NCBI GenBank assembly: GCA_934464585.1
Contig: CAKSJY010000004.1
Span: forward strand, 8,092 to 72,091
Direction of reading: 5' to 3'
From: an uncultured Eubacteriales bacterium
Lineage (GTDB): Bacteria > Bacillota > Clostridia > Oscillospirales > Acutalibacteraceae
Length of the DNA: 64,000 nucleotides
Within the stretch, counting starts at the first letter, position 1. Every line of letters starts with the position of its first letter. The position numbers and the translations under genes were made by a program. Of this stretch, positions 18,748-28,838 are shown piece by piece. The notes below the pieces were generated by a model, which saw only the letters and a program-made list of their open reading frames with translations, had not been told where the DNA came from and did no database searches.

Positions 18748-19499
18748 CTATTATTTTCCCCGTATTCTCCATAAATTTTTTTCATTTCATCTGAAAAGTT
18801 TCCATTATCATCCTCAATAAAAAGTGGAGGTTGTACCCGTAACCCGGGTCTTCCACCCCTTATTCCTTCGATTAGAAAAAGTTTTGGTTCTTTATTTTTT
18901 CTTTGATGCACAAAGCGTAATCTTTTAGGTTCTAAATCAGCCTTACGCATAGCATGAATTACATCACATAAGCGTTCCGGACGTAAACAAAGGCAGAATC
19001 TTCCTCTAAACTGTAAAAGTTTCGAGGCAACTGCTGTAATATCCGAAATCGTGCATTCCTTTTCGTGTCTTGCAATAATCTCCGAATGATGTGCACTTTG
19101 GACTCCGGAACCTATTTGTTTATATGGCGGATTACACGATACAACATTGAAACTACCAAATTCAAGTTTACCCTTTAAATCTTTCAAATCTGAATTTATT
19201 ACATTAATTTTATCGCAAAAGCCATTAATCTTTATTGATTTTTCAATAAGTTCTGAAGCATCACTTTGTATTTCCACTGCATTTATAACTGCACCCTTAT
19301 TATCCCTCGCCCATAAAAAAGGAATTGTTCCACAACCTGAACCTAAATCAACACATTTATCCCTTGAAAGTGGTGAAGAAAAGTCTGCTAATAAAATCGT
19401 ATCTGTTGTAAAGTGGTGTATATCTGAAACTATTATCTTAACATTCTTCCCCAATTGCTCTATACGTTCATTATCTTTTATATTATACAAATATTTCAC
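18744..19499 (-). CDS. SAM-dependent N6-adenine methyltransferase (tRNA m6A37 TrmN6/YfiC-like)
   Basis: SAM motif DLGSGCG and catalytic NPPY (VVSCNPPYKQ). It overlaps rsmI by 4 nt. Confidence 0.7.
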   Translation of the reverse strand: MKYLYNIKDNERIEQLGKNVKIIVSDIHHFTTDTILLADFSSPLSRDKCVDLGSGCGTIPFLWARDNKGAVINAVEIQSDASELIEKSIKINGFCDKINVINSDLKDLKGKLEFGSFNVVSCNPPYKQIGSGVQSAHHSEIIARHEKECTISDITAVASKLLQFRGRFCLCLRPERLCDVIHAMRKADLEPKRLRFVHQRKNKEPKLFLIEGIRGGRPGLRVQPPLFIEDDNGNFSDEMKKIYGEYGENNR

Positions 19500-19727
19500 C
19501 TACCAAAGATATTATAATCATATTTAATATATAGGTCAAACAATATATACATAAAGTTTAATATAAAGATTCAATAACCAACCGTTAATTATGTATTAGA
19601 TATATTTTTTACATAAAGCCTAAAAATAGGACAACCCCTTTATGACAAACACCGACCTATATAAAGAAGTATAATTATCTTATCAACTACAAGAAAAACT
19701 AATAAATTATAACGGTGGTGTGTAAAC

Positions 19728-22055
19728 TTGAAAAATGACAATCTAACGTTGCAAAGAAGGCTGACTGGGTTATTACCCAACGGCCTAATTAAATCTATTA
19801 TCATACAAATAGTATATTTTGTACTCGGCATATTAGTCTCAAGATCGGTTGTGCTGGGTAACTACTCTCCATTTGGTGCAGCATTTCTTGCTGCAGTACC
19901 ATATTCTAATATATGGTGTGCTCTGGCAGGTTCTATATTGGGATATATGCTCCCGTCATCTATTATGAGTAGCTTAAAATATATAGCATCCATACTCGCA
20001 ATAGCTGCTATACGCTGGACATTGAATGATTTAAAAAGGGTTACTATGCATCCTCTCTATGCTCCCGCAGTAGCCTTCATACCAACAATTTCTACCGGAC
20101 TTGCCATGGCCTTAATTCAAGGAATTGACGCCACTGCAGTTGTGACCATAATAACCGAGTCTCTTCTTTCTGCGAGTGGCGCCTACTTTTTTGAAAGGAG
20201 TATATCGGCCACATCCGGAAAATTAGGAATCTGTACTATGGATCAGCAGGAATTCGCCTGCGTATCAATGTCCATATTTATTATGATACTCTCGCTTTCA
20301 TCTATAAATATTTCAGGGATATCAATAGGAAGAATTCTCGCCATCTTGATTATACTTATATGTTCAAAATATGCCGGTGTTGCCGGCGGAAGTGTCGCGG
20401 GTATAGCCTCCGGAGTAGTCTTCAGTATCTCATCAACAAATTTTTTATATTTATCAGGTACATATGCCTTTTCCGGAATGATGTCCGGATTGTTTTCTCC
20501 ACTCGGTAAAATCGGAATAGCCGGTGCATTTATACTTTCAAATGCTGTCGTTTCGCTTGAATCCGGAGATGTTACACTAATTATAACCGGAATGTATGAA
20601 GTGATGGCAGCAACACTTATTTTTATGGTAATTCCACAAAAATCACTAGACAAGTTTTCGGGATTATTCGAAAAAAAGACTGGATTTATTAAAGTTGATT
20701 CACTTAGGAACTCTGTAATTATGCGAATAAATCATGTTTCACGTGCACTCGAAGCTGTGTCAAATTCTGTAGATTCTGTTTCTAAAAAACTTTCAAAGCT
20801 AAGTCATGATGACTTTAAATGGGTTTTAACGCGCGCAATTGATAGTAATTGTCACAGATGTGGTTTAAAAGTCTTTTGCTGGGAACGTGAATATGACAGA
20901 ACCAAAAATGTTTTTGACAGTATAAAGAATCCCCTTATTAAAAATGGTTACATCTCTCAAGATGATATTGATGAAAAGTTTTCAGAAAGATGCTGCAAGT
21001 CACCTGAAATAGTACGGTCTATAAACAAAAACTATGATGAATACTTAGCCAAAGAAGCAGCAAGCAGACGTATGGATGAGCTTAGAAGCGTTATTGGTGA
21101 ACAGTTTTCAGGAGTAGGAGAGTTACTCAAAGATATATCCGATGAATTTAAAGAGTATGAAGTCTTTGATAATAATACAGCAGAAAAGATAGTAAGCTTC
21201 TTCAAAAGCATAGATATGTGTCCGGCAGATATAAGTTGCAGACTAGATAAATTTGGCAGAATGTTTATTGAAATAAATCTTATTAACTTAGACCAAAGAA
21301 GAATAAAAAAGCTACAAATTACCAATGAACTTTCAAAAATATGTTCACGAAAACTCGATGCCCCCTGCATAAGCTATACACCACAACAATGCAAAATCCA
21401 AATTAGTGAACGTCCTGAATTCGATGTTGAAATCGCTGTCGCTCAGCACATCTATAAAAATGGAAATCTTTGTGGCGATAACTACTGTTACTTTAACGAT
21501 GGTATGGGAAGAACTATCGCAATAATAAGTGACGGTATGGGTACAGGCGGAAGAGCCGCTGTCGATGGTGCTATGACAACAGGTATACTCTCTCAACTTA
21601 CCAAAGCAGGGCTTGGATTTGATTCTGCACTTAAAATAGTAAATTCTGCCTTAATAGTAAAATCAGGTGACGAATCACTTTCTACAATCGATATCTCATG
21701 TATCGACCTTTTTACCGGAAATGTTGAGTTTATGAAAGCAGGTGCACCTATTACATTCGTAAAAAAGAACAATTCTGTTGTATGTATCGAGTCCCCATCA
21801 CTTCCAGTTGGGATATTGACAAGTGTAGAATTTTCAAAATCTTCTATTAAAATTGAAGAAGACGATTTAATTTTAATGGTATCCGATGGTGCTTTAGCAA
21901 CAGGTGAAAAATGGATTGAAAACGAACTTAAAAATTGGAATAATAATGATATCGACAGCTTTGCAAATTATTTAATCGATGAGGCAGTTAAGCGACGCAC
22001 CGATGGATATGACGATGATATAACTGTGATGGTGGCAAGGTTAAAGGAGTATTAA
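19728..22055 (+). CDS. spoIIE: stage II sporulation protein E (membrane PP2C phosphatase)
   Basis: About 10 N-terminal TM segments, a central regulatory region and a C-terminal PP2C domain (GDNYCYF...IISDGMGTGGRAA...LMVSDG...DDDITVMV). Confidence 0.9.
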   Translation: MKNDNLTLQRRLTGLLPNGLIKSIIIQIVYFVLGILVSRSVVLGNYSPFGAAFLAAVPYSNIWCALAGSILGYMLPSSIMSSLKYIASILAIAAIRWTLNDLKRVTMHPLYAPAVAFIPTISTGLAMALIQGIDATAVVTIITESLLSASGAYFFERSISATSGKLGICTMDQQEFACVSMSIFIMILSLSSINISGISIGRILAILIILICSKYAGVAGGSVAGIASGVVFSISSTNFLYLSGTYAFSGMMSGLFSPLGKIGIAGAFILSNAVVSLESGDVTLIITGMYEVMAATLIFMVIPQKSLDKFSGLFEKKTGFIKVDSLRNSVIMRINHVSRALEAVSNSVDSVSKKLSKLSHDDFKWVLTRAIDSNCHRCGLKVFCWEREYDRTKNVFDSIKNPLIKNGYISQDDIDEKFSERCCKSPEIVRSINKNYDEYLAKEAASRRMDELRSVIGEQFSGVGELLKDISDEFKEYEVFDNNTAEKIVSFFKSIDMCPADISCRLDKFGRMFIEINLINLDQRRIKKLQITNELSKICSRKLDAPCISYTPQQCKIQISERPEFDVEIAVAQHIYKNGNLCGDNYCYFNDGMGRTIAIISDGMGTGGRAAVDGAMTTGILSQLTKAGLGFDSALKIVNSALIVKSGDESLSTIDISCIDLFTGNVEFMKAGAPITFVKKNNSVVCIESPSLPVGILTSVEFSKSSIKIEEDDLILMVSDGALATGEKWIENELKNWNNNDIDSFANYLIDEAVKRRTDGYDDDITVMVARLKEY

Positions 22056-22139
22056 GGTTTACTTTTGTTAGGCTTTTCTATTATTTACTCAGTAATTCGA
22101 TCCTTCAATACAAATAAATATACGGATTTATATATAAGA

Positions 22140-22185
22140 ATGATCCCCGGCAAACAAAATCTGTTGCCAGGGATCATTTATATTT
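22140..22185. terminator. bidirectional terminator between the convergent spoIIE and DUF4157-like genes
   Basis: 13-bp stem ATGATCCC(C)GGCAA/TTGCC(A)GGGATCAT with T-rich flanks on both strands. Confidence 0.7.
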
Positions 22186-22263
22186 TATGTTTTAGCATTT
22201 TAATTATGGAGGCCTAGTTTCAGCTATTTGTATAATGTTTATGAACATTAATGCCTTTATAAA

Positions 22264-25200
22264 TTATACAGGTAACATATGTAATCTTTGTAGTTCTTTA
22301 AATTTATCAACTAAAGTTTCACATCCGTCCTCTAGCAAATTAAATAACATAAATGAAGCTTCATCTGCCCTTATACCTCTGAAACAGTTTGTCTCGGGTA
22401 ATAATCTATTTATAAATAGACTCACAAATATATCCATCATGTACTTACCACCTTCAGATTTAATATACCTATTATATACTTCACATAAAATTTCCTCACA
22501 TTTCCCTACGGATATCTTTGTGAATGACTCCGTTACTTCTAATAGCTTGCCTAAATCTTTTGGCATGTTCTCCTTACTTAAAGCCTCGTCCTCTCCCAAT
22601 CCAAAGTACTTATCAGTACAATAAGACGTTATCCCAGCCCAGCATGACTTAATAGCATCGGCATCTGTCGGTTGGCTCTTATTAATAAACATGTCATTAG
22701 GACTTTTTTTATCCCTCTTATTAGCCATTTCATTGCATTTCTTAATTAACCTATCAAGACCTTTCATTGAAATCCTACCAAATGGTTCCTTGCTGTAAAA
22801 CTCTGTAATTAACTTCTTAATAGAGCCCTTTTCCCATTGACCTGATGCTTTCATCCTCTTTTCAGCGTCAGATCTTTCTTCAATAAATTGATTAAAGTTA
22901 ATAATCATTCTAAGTCCACCCGCTCCATTAAAAACATTCTTAAACCAATCAACAGGCAAATCTGTAAGACAAAGACCTAACTCTAAGTATAAATCTGTAT
23001 TTAATGCTTTAATAAATAATTTCTTAATTGCGTTAAATTCATCTATTTGAATTCCACTTTCCTTAAAATAGTTTAACTTATCTTTTATTTCAAGTAAATC
23101 AACATATGATATGTCACCAGCAATAGCCATACAAGCTTGAGAAATATCTCGACATGTAAGCTTCGAGAACTTATCCCATCTATCATAAAGCTCAATGTAA
23201 GCATTTATTTCATAGAGTTCGCAACAATATAAATCCCCCAACATTAGATCCATTAAATCTTCATTAATCCTATCAATAGATCTATCCTTAAATTTATTAG
23301 TTATAATATACAACTTAAAATATCCTTCAACACTCTTATATCCTGCTTTTAAGAATTTAATATACGCATCTATTACTTCATCGCTATTATTAGCAAAAAT
23401 CTCTTTATTTAAATAAATATATTCTAAAAATGTACTATCCATCCTTAAGATATCTAACTTTATACCCTTACTATTTACGACATTGTACAAATTTTTAAAA
23501 ATATCTTTTCCTTTACTGTTACCATTGCTTGTATTTTGACTCCATGCAAATATATCAAATATAATCATCTCAGGGGATGTTATACTACTTGCTGTTTTTG
23601 GGGATTCTGCGGCTACTTCATTGATTACCGGATTTACCTTTGGTTTAACATCTGGTTTTGTCGATATTAATCTTTCCTCTGATTCTTCACTAAATACAGG
23701 TTTTGGAACCTGCTCCTCCATAATACTGGCTCTTGATGGCTTAACTTTAGCTTTTGAAGCAATAATTTGCCCCTCTAAAGGCGCTTTATTTGTTGATTTT
23801 TGCACTGACTTAATACCTAATGTTCTAGTATTTACCGATTGAGTAGATGGCGTTTTCATAGATCTGTTAAAAGTTACCGGCATAGGTTTTAAATAAGTAA
23901 ATCCCTCTACCGCATTATTTATCAGTTCTTGTGTGCGTTTTGATTCTTCCTCTTGTCTTTCACCGATTATCAACTTTTTAGTCGTATTTTTCATAATATT
24001 TGTCAGTGGTTTATCAGTAATTACTTGTTTTGACTTTGAACTAGCATCTAGTTTTTCAGCCTGAGTAGCCTTATTTACTGGTTCTGCCTTTTCAGACGAT
24101 TTCCTTTTTCGGGCTACGCCAATGCATATGTCATTAACGACGTCTTCATCATCTGTACATTCCTTCAATCTACCGGCATCTATTAATTCACTTGCGTCTT
24201 TTATAAACTCATCTAATTGTATAGCTGTAAATGCTAGTTCTTTGTCATTTGCTTCTTTAAATGGTGGAACAACTGTTAACATTAAATTATTTAAATATAC
24301 TTCATAATCAGAATAAATTTTTAAGTGAAATAATTCAGCTAATTTCTCTCTTTTATGTATAAACTCCTCTATCCCTATACTCTTGAAAAAGGATGTCTTA
24401 AATAACAAATTTCTATATAAACAGTAGAATTCTATGGAATTCTTTCCTTCTCCTAATATTTTTTTCTTATAATCTTCTAAAATTTCTGGAGTTAGTTCAG
24501 AAAATCCCTCGCTTCTATATAATTTACAATACTCCTCCATTTCCTCAGAGGAAATATTAGCTAAACTCTTTCCAAACAGAATTTCCATATCCTTTTCTAT
24601 TAAACCAAACGATCTGTTTTTAAAGTCATTAGTTAAGTTCTTTAATTTATTATCACTACCAATACTCTCTGTCCTGCTACTTTCTGAGTTAACAGTCTCT
24701 GCTATACTACTCTCTGCCGTGCTATATTCTGAATTAGAAGCCTCTGACATACTAATATTATTACCAGTATTAATAGGATCAAATTTGCTATACAAATAGT
24801 CAAAATATGAACTTATAAGCCTAGAAGCACTCATGCCCGGTTTTCCAAATTTTTCTTTGTATCTTTCACTGTCCTCTCTAAATTGTATAAGTGATATATT
24901 ATATTTTTTCTTAAAAGAACACAAATCTTCAACATCTTCCAGATAGTCCTCTTCATCCTCAGCCCAACTAAATATATCATATATTTCCTTAACAGTTTTC
25001 ACATCTTGTATACCTGTATTCTTAGCAATCTTTTTATATCCTATTTGCTTAGCAATCCAAATACCTAATGGAAGAATTCCTAAAGTTAAAATTCCTCCTA
25101 CTACTAATCCCGCAATAGCAAGTGCACTCATCTTATACTGTACTAAATTCGTCTTTTCTCTAGGAAGTATGTATCTATCACTTTGAGTTTGATTTTTAGC

Positions 25201-25593
25201 AAGCGAAAATTTTTTCTTCTCTGAAACCCTTACCGCTTCATCCTCCAAGGAAGTGTCACCTGCGTTACTTTCAGTTGCTGTACCGATAGCCTGCTGATAT
25301 ATATGTGTTAGTTCATGCTTAATTACTGTTTCATCATTTCTTTGGTCTGAGGTCACAAAAATACTATTTCCGCTAGCTGCAGCGTAAGGCTCATCGGCCT
25401 CCTGCTCGTCCATTACATAAAATTTAACATTTTGAGCGTCCATATTAAATCTGTCTCTTGCCCAATCTACCGCCCATTGTGGTAAGCTTTCTTTTTGCAG
25501 TTTAAAATCGGAAGAGATATTTCCTCCACCTGCAAAATTCCCTTTTTTATTTTTCTCTGATAATTGCCCATCGTCTTTTTTATAATCATACAT
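22264..25593 (-). CDS. large DUF4157-like (HExxH) domain protein with one TM segment and an uncharacterised ~920-aa C-terminal region
   Basis: ATG at 25593 lies 6 nt after GAGGTG. The N-terminal block SLPQWAVDWARDRFNMDAQNVKFYV...GNSIFVTSD...IKHELTHIYQQ matches the DUF4157 signature (HELTHxxQQ). The hydrophobic segment is SALAIAGLVVGGILTLGILPLGIWIA. Ser/Thr/Lys/Pro-rich linkers are present. Confidence 0.7.
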   Translation of the reverse strand: MYDYKKDDGQLSEKNKKGNFAGGGNISSDFKLQKESLPQWAVDWARDRFNMDAQNVKFYVMDEQEADEPYAAASGNSIFVTSDQRNDETVIKHELTHIYQQAIGTATESNAGDTSLEDEAVRVSEKKKFSLAKNQTQSDRYILPREKTNLVQYKMSALAIAGLVVGGILTLGILPLGIWIAKQIGYKKIAKNTGIQDVKTVKEIYDIFSWAEDEEDYLEDVEDLCSFKKKYNISLIQFREDSERYKEKFGKPGMSASRLISSYFDYLYSKFDPINTGNNISMSEASNSEYSTAESSIAETVNSESSRTESIGSDNKLKNLTNDFKNRSFGLIEKDMEILFGKSLANISSEEMEEYCKLYRSEGFSELTPEILEDYKKKILGEGKNSIEFYCLYRNLLFKTSFFKSIGIEEFIHKREKLAELFHLKIYSDYEVYLNNLMLTVVPPFKEANDKELAFTAIQLDEFIKDASELIDAGRLKECTDDEDVVNDICIGVARKRKSSEKAEPVNKATQAEKLDASSKSKQVITDKPLTNIMKNTTKKLIIGERQEEESKRTQELINNAVEGFTYLKPMPVTFNRSMKTPSTQSVNTRTLGIKSVQKSTNKAPLEGQIIASKAKVKPSRASIMEEQVPKPVFSEESEERLISTKPDVKPKVNPVINEVAAESPKTASSITSPEMIIFDIFAWSQNTSNGNSKGKDIFKNLYNVVNSKGIKLDILRMDSTFLEYIYLNKEIFANNSDEVIDAYIKFLKAGYKSVEGYFKLYIITNKFKDRSIDRINEDLMDLMLGDLYCCELYEINAYIELYDRWDKFSKLTCRDISQACMAIAGDISYVDLLEIKDKLNYFKESGIQIDEFNAIKKLFIKALNTDLYLELGLCLTDLPVDWFKNVFNGAGGLRMIINFNQFIEERSDAEKRMKASGQWEKGSIKKLITEFYSKEPFGRISMKGLDRLIKKCNEMANKRDKKSPNDMFINKSQPTDADAIKSCWAGITSYCTDKYFGLGEDEALSKENMPKDLGKLLEVTESFTKISVGKCEEILCEVYNRYIKSEGGKYMMDIFVSLFINRLLPETNCFRGIRADEASFMLFNLLEDGCETLVDKFKELQRLHMLPV

Positions 25594-25760
25594 AAACAGC
25601 ACCTCATACTATAATAAAAATATTGATTTGCCTGATTGATTAGTATATTTCCTTCAACAATATATCTTAAAAAATTCCTCTAATGTAATTATACCTTATT
25701 TATATATAAAAAGTCAAAATTCATTTCATTTAACCCACCCCCGCAAAAATTCACTATATA

Positions 25761-25804
25761 CACAACAAAATCCCCTTTACCGGATTTTGTCCGACAAAGG
25801 GGAT
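25761..25804 (-). terminator. rho-independent terminator of the pdxK-degV pair
   Basis: Stem ATCCCCTTT..CGGA/TCCG..AAAGGGGAT followed on the minus strand by TTTGTTGTG. Confidence 0.6.
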
Positions 25805-25875
25805 ACATATAAAACCAAATGTATACTACTTTTTAATAATTATAAACTAGTTTTATTATATAAATTAAAAATATT

Positions 25876-26748
25876 TTATCTCTCAGATCCTAAGAAAAAC
25901 AATGCCATTGTACCTGGACCTGAATGTGCACCGATAACCGGTCCTATTGTATTTATCTTAATATCTTTTACCTTTAGCTTACTTTTAATCTGTTTTGCAA
26001 GATACTCTGCATCTTCAAGACAATCACCATGACTTATAAATACAACTTGCTCCTTAGGGTTTATAGCAGATTCCTCCATCTTGGCAACCAGTGCATCTAA
26101 GGATTTTCTTCTTCCTCTTACCTTGCTTATAGGAATAAGATGTCCTTCATTATCTACATGCATAACAGGCTTAATTCCTAAGGCAGTACCCATTAAAGCT
26201 GCTGCTGAAGAAACCCTTCCACCACGTTTTAAGAAAAGCAAATCATCTACTGTAAACCAATGGCAAAGATTTAGTTTATTATCCTCTACCCACTTGGCAA
26301 CTTCGTCAATACTAGCTCCATTTTTAGCCTTTTGAGCTGCTAAATATACGAGCAATCCTTCACCCATAGATGCAGAAAGTGAATCTACCACAACAATCTT
26401 TCTTTCAGGATACTTTTCAGAAAGCTCTGATGCCGCTATCGTTGCTGAATTATATGTTCCACTTAAGCCCGACGAAAATGCGATATATAATATATCAAGC
26501 CCATTTTTAAGGTATTTTTCAAACACATCCAAAAAGTTCTTAACATTAACCTGACCGGTTGTTACAACTTTTCCACCTCTTAAAAGACTATAGAACTCCT
26601 TTATTGACATCTCTCTTTCATCGAGATAATTTAAATAAGATTTTCCGTCTACCATAAAAGTTAGCGGTAAAATCTCAATATTACTCTCTTTCATGAGTTC
26701 CGGAGTCAAGTCTGTGCTGGAATCAGAAATCAATATATAATCATTCAT
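25876..26748 (-). CDS. DegV family fatty-acid-binding protein
   Basis: ILISDSSTDL, SSGLSGTYNSA and FLKRGGRVS are DegV motifs. Confidence 0.85.
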   Translation of the reverse strand: MNDYILISDSSTDLTPELMKESNIEILPLTFMVDGKSYLNYLDEREMSIKEFYSLLRGGKVVTTGQVNVKNFLDVFEKYLKNGLDILYIAFSSGLSGTYNSATIAASELSEKYPERKIVVVDSLSASMGEGLLVYLAAQKAKNGASIDEVAKWVEDNKLNLCHWFTVDDLLFLKRGGRVSSAAALMGTALGIKPVMHVDNEGHLIPISKVRGRRKSLDALVAKMEESAINPKEQVVFISHGDCLEDAEYLAKQIKSKLKVKDIKINTIGPVIGAHSGPGTMALFFLGSER

Positions 26749-26796
26749 AAAAATGCTCCTTTAAAATAATTTTTAGTTATATTATCGATTATTATT

Positions 26797-27645
26797 TTAA
26801 ATTAAACCTAGATCTTTCAAAAATGCCGGTAAGCTTTGTTCGAAATTTACACCAAAACGCCTATCTGTACCTGCCATATAGGTTTTTAATATAGCGTTGT
26901 ATGTAAAATCTACTGCTATCTGTATAGACTTCGAAATAGAGAAGTTATTTAAGATTGCAGAAAGCAACGCACTTGCAAATACATCTCCTGTCCCATGATA
27001 AAGCCCGTCTACCCTTTTATTAAAGGCATATGATATTTCACCTGTCTTTTTATCATAGCTGGCAGCTCCAAGTTTGTCATCCTCAAACCATACTCCGGTT
27101 AATACAACAACATCAGGTCCCAAATCAGCAAGTTCTTTCAAGAGTCCCTCTATATATTCTTTGCTATATGGTCCCTCAATATATTCTTTATTTAACATCA
27201 TTGTAGCTTCTGTTATATTCGGAACAATAATATCAGCCTTTGCACAAAGGTCCTTCATTCCCAAAGCCATTTTTTCATTATAAATCTTATAAAGCTCACC
27301 ATTATCAGCCATACAAGGATCTACTACTATTAAAGTATCATCATTTTTTATCATGTCAAAAATTTTAGATACTATGTCTATTTGCTCAAAAGATCCTAAA
27401 AATCCGGTATATATAGCATCAAAATTGATATTTAAAGACTTCCAGTGTTCTGCAAAAGGAAGCATATCGTCTGTTAGATCTCTATAAGTAAAGCCTTCTA
27501 TTCCTCCGGTATGAGTCGACAATACAGCTGTTGGTATTACCGAAGTTTCAATACCGGCAGCTGATATAATTGGAAGCGCTACTGTAAGTGAGCATTTCCC
27601 AAATCCTGATATATCGTGAATAGCTGCAATTCTTTTTTGTTTCAT
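26797..27645 (-). CDS. pdxK: pyridoxal/pyridoxamine kinase
   Basis: The IAAIHDISGFGKCS N-terminus, VVDPCMADNG and GTGDVFASALL are ribokinase-fold PdxK motifs. Confidence 0.8.
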   Translation of the reverse strand: MKQKRIAAIHDISGFGKCSLTVALPIISAAGIETSVIPTAVLSTHTGGIEGFTYRDLTDDMLPFAEHWKSLNINFDAIYTGFLGSFEQIDIVSKIFDMIKNDDTLIVVDPCMADNGELYKIYNEKMALGMKDLCAKADIIVPNITEATMMLNKEYIEGPYSKEYIEGLLKELADLGPDVVVLTGVWFEDDKLGAASYDKKTGEISYAFNKRVDGLYHGTGDVFASALLSAILNNFSISKSIQIAVDFTYNAILKTYMAGTDRRFGVNFEQSLPAFLKDLGLI

Positions 27646-27996
27646 AAGTAATCATCCTCATAGTTTTAATAGTTTAATCTTTTTAATTATATCATATAAC
27701 ACCTCATTCTTAAAGTCGTATACTGTTTTATTTAAAAACAAAATATAAACTCACCTCATCAAACAACTACAAAAACTCCCTTATTCACTAATATTTATAA
27801 TACTTCCGACTTCCTCAGACTAATATAAACAGCATAACCTTCACTATATAAAAAACACTTGTGTTTACCATCAAATTATGATAAAATACTAATGTTAATC
27901 AAAAACACACGTTTTGGATTTTTCAGAATCGGTGCATCAATTTAGATGTCTTTCTGTTTCAAACCAGAACGGAGGTAAAACCAAGGAGGACTTTTT

Positions 27997-28746
27997 ATGT
28001 CAGTAATTTCTATGAAACAACTTTTAGAATCCGGTGTACACTTTGGTCACCAAACAAGAAGATGGAATCCTAAAATGGCAGAATACATCTTCACAGAACG
28101 TAGCGGTATTTATATTATCGACCTACAAAAAACAGTTAAAAACCTTGAAAAAGCTTATAACTTTATAAAAGAATTATCAAGCGAAGGTAAGTCTGTATTG
28201 TTTGTTGGTACAAAGAAGCAAGCACAAGATTCTGTTAAAGAAGAAGCTTTAAGATCAGGTTCTTACTTTGTTAATGCACGTTGGTTAGGCGGTATGCTTA
28301 CAAACTTTACAACTATACGTTGCAGAATTAAACGTTTAAATCAATTAAGAAGTATGGAAGCAGACGGTACTTTTGAATTATTACCTAAGAAGGAAGTTGG
28401 AAAGCTAAATCTAGAAATAGAAAAGCTTGAGAAGTTCCTAGGCGGAATAAAAGATATGCAAGAATTACCTGGTGCTCTATTTATAGTTGATCCTCGTAAA
28501 GAGAAAATTGCAGTAGCTGAAGCTAAAAAGCTAGGTATCCCGATAGTTGCTATTGTAGATACAAACTGTGATCCTGATGATGTTGATTATGTAATTCCTG
28601 GAAATGATGATGCTATCCGTGCTGTTAAATTAATATCTTCAGCAATAGCAGATGCTATCATAGAAGGAAGAGAAGGCCAAATGGGTGCTGCAGCTGAAGA
28701 AGAAAATGCTGAATCTGAAGAAGAAGTAGTAGTAGCTGCTGAATAA
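27997..28746 (+). CDS. rpsB: 30S ribosomal protein S2
   Basis: [22 protein letters not shown] is the canonical S2 N-terminus. Confidence 0.95.
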   Translation: MSVISMKQLLESGVHFGHQTRRWNPKMAEYIFTERSGIYIIDLQKTVKNLEKAYNFIKELSSEGKSVLFVGTKKQAQDSVKEEALRSGSYFVNARWLGGMLTNFTTIRCRIKRLNQLRSMEADGTFELLPKKEVGKLNLEIEKLEKFLGGIKDMQELPGALFIVDPRKEKIAVAEAKKLGIPIVAIVDTNCDPDDVDYVIPGNDDAIRAVKLISSAIADAIIEGREGQMGAAAEEENAESEEEVVVAAE

Positions 28747-28838
28747 TTACACAACTTAAACGGGATAAAAAATACCTGAGTTAATTCACGGGTATTTTTT
28801 TCTGAATCTAACTTATATAATAAACGGAGGAATAAATA

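Noticed and set aside
19500-19727. Spo0A boxes (TGTCGAA) upstream of spoIIE.
   Set aside because: Only loose matches (for example TGACAAA) are present, which is not enough to call a site by eye.
22235-22624. 129-aa plus-strand ORF at the 3' end of the DUF4157 gene, considered as a possible immunity or partner gene.
   Set aside because: It is almost wholly antisense to the DUF4157 coding sequence. It starts within the terminator region without an RBS, and its translation is low complexity.
27646-27996. The long 350-nt leader upstream of rpsB, considered as a possible S2 autoregulatory RNA element.
   Set aside because: A plausible promoter (TTGTGT-17 nt-TAAAAT) and some pairing potential exist. 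I could not identify a defined conserved structure without comparative alignment.
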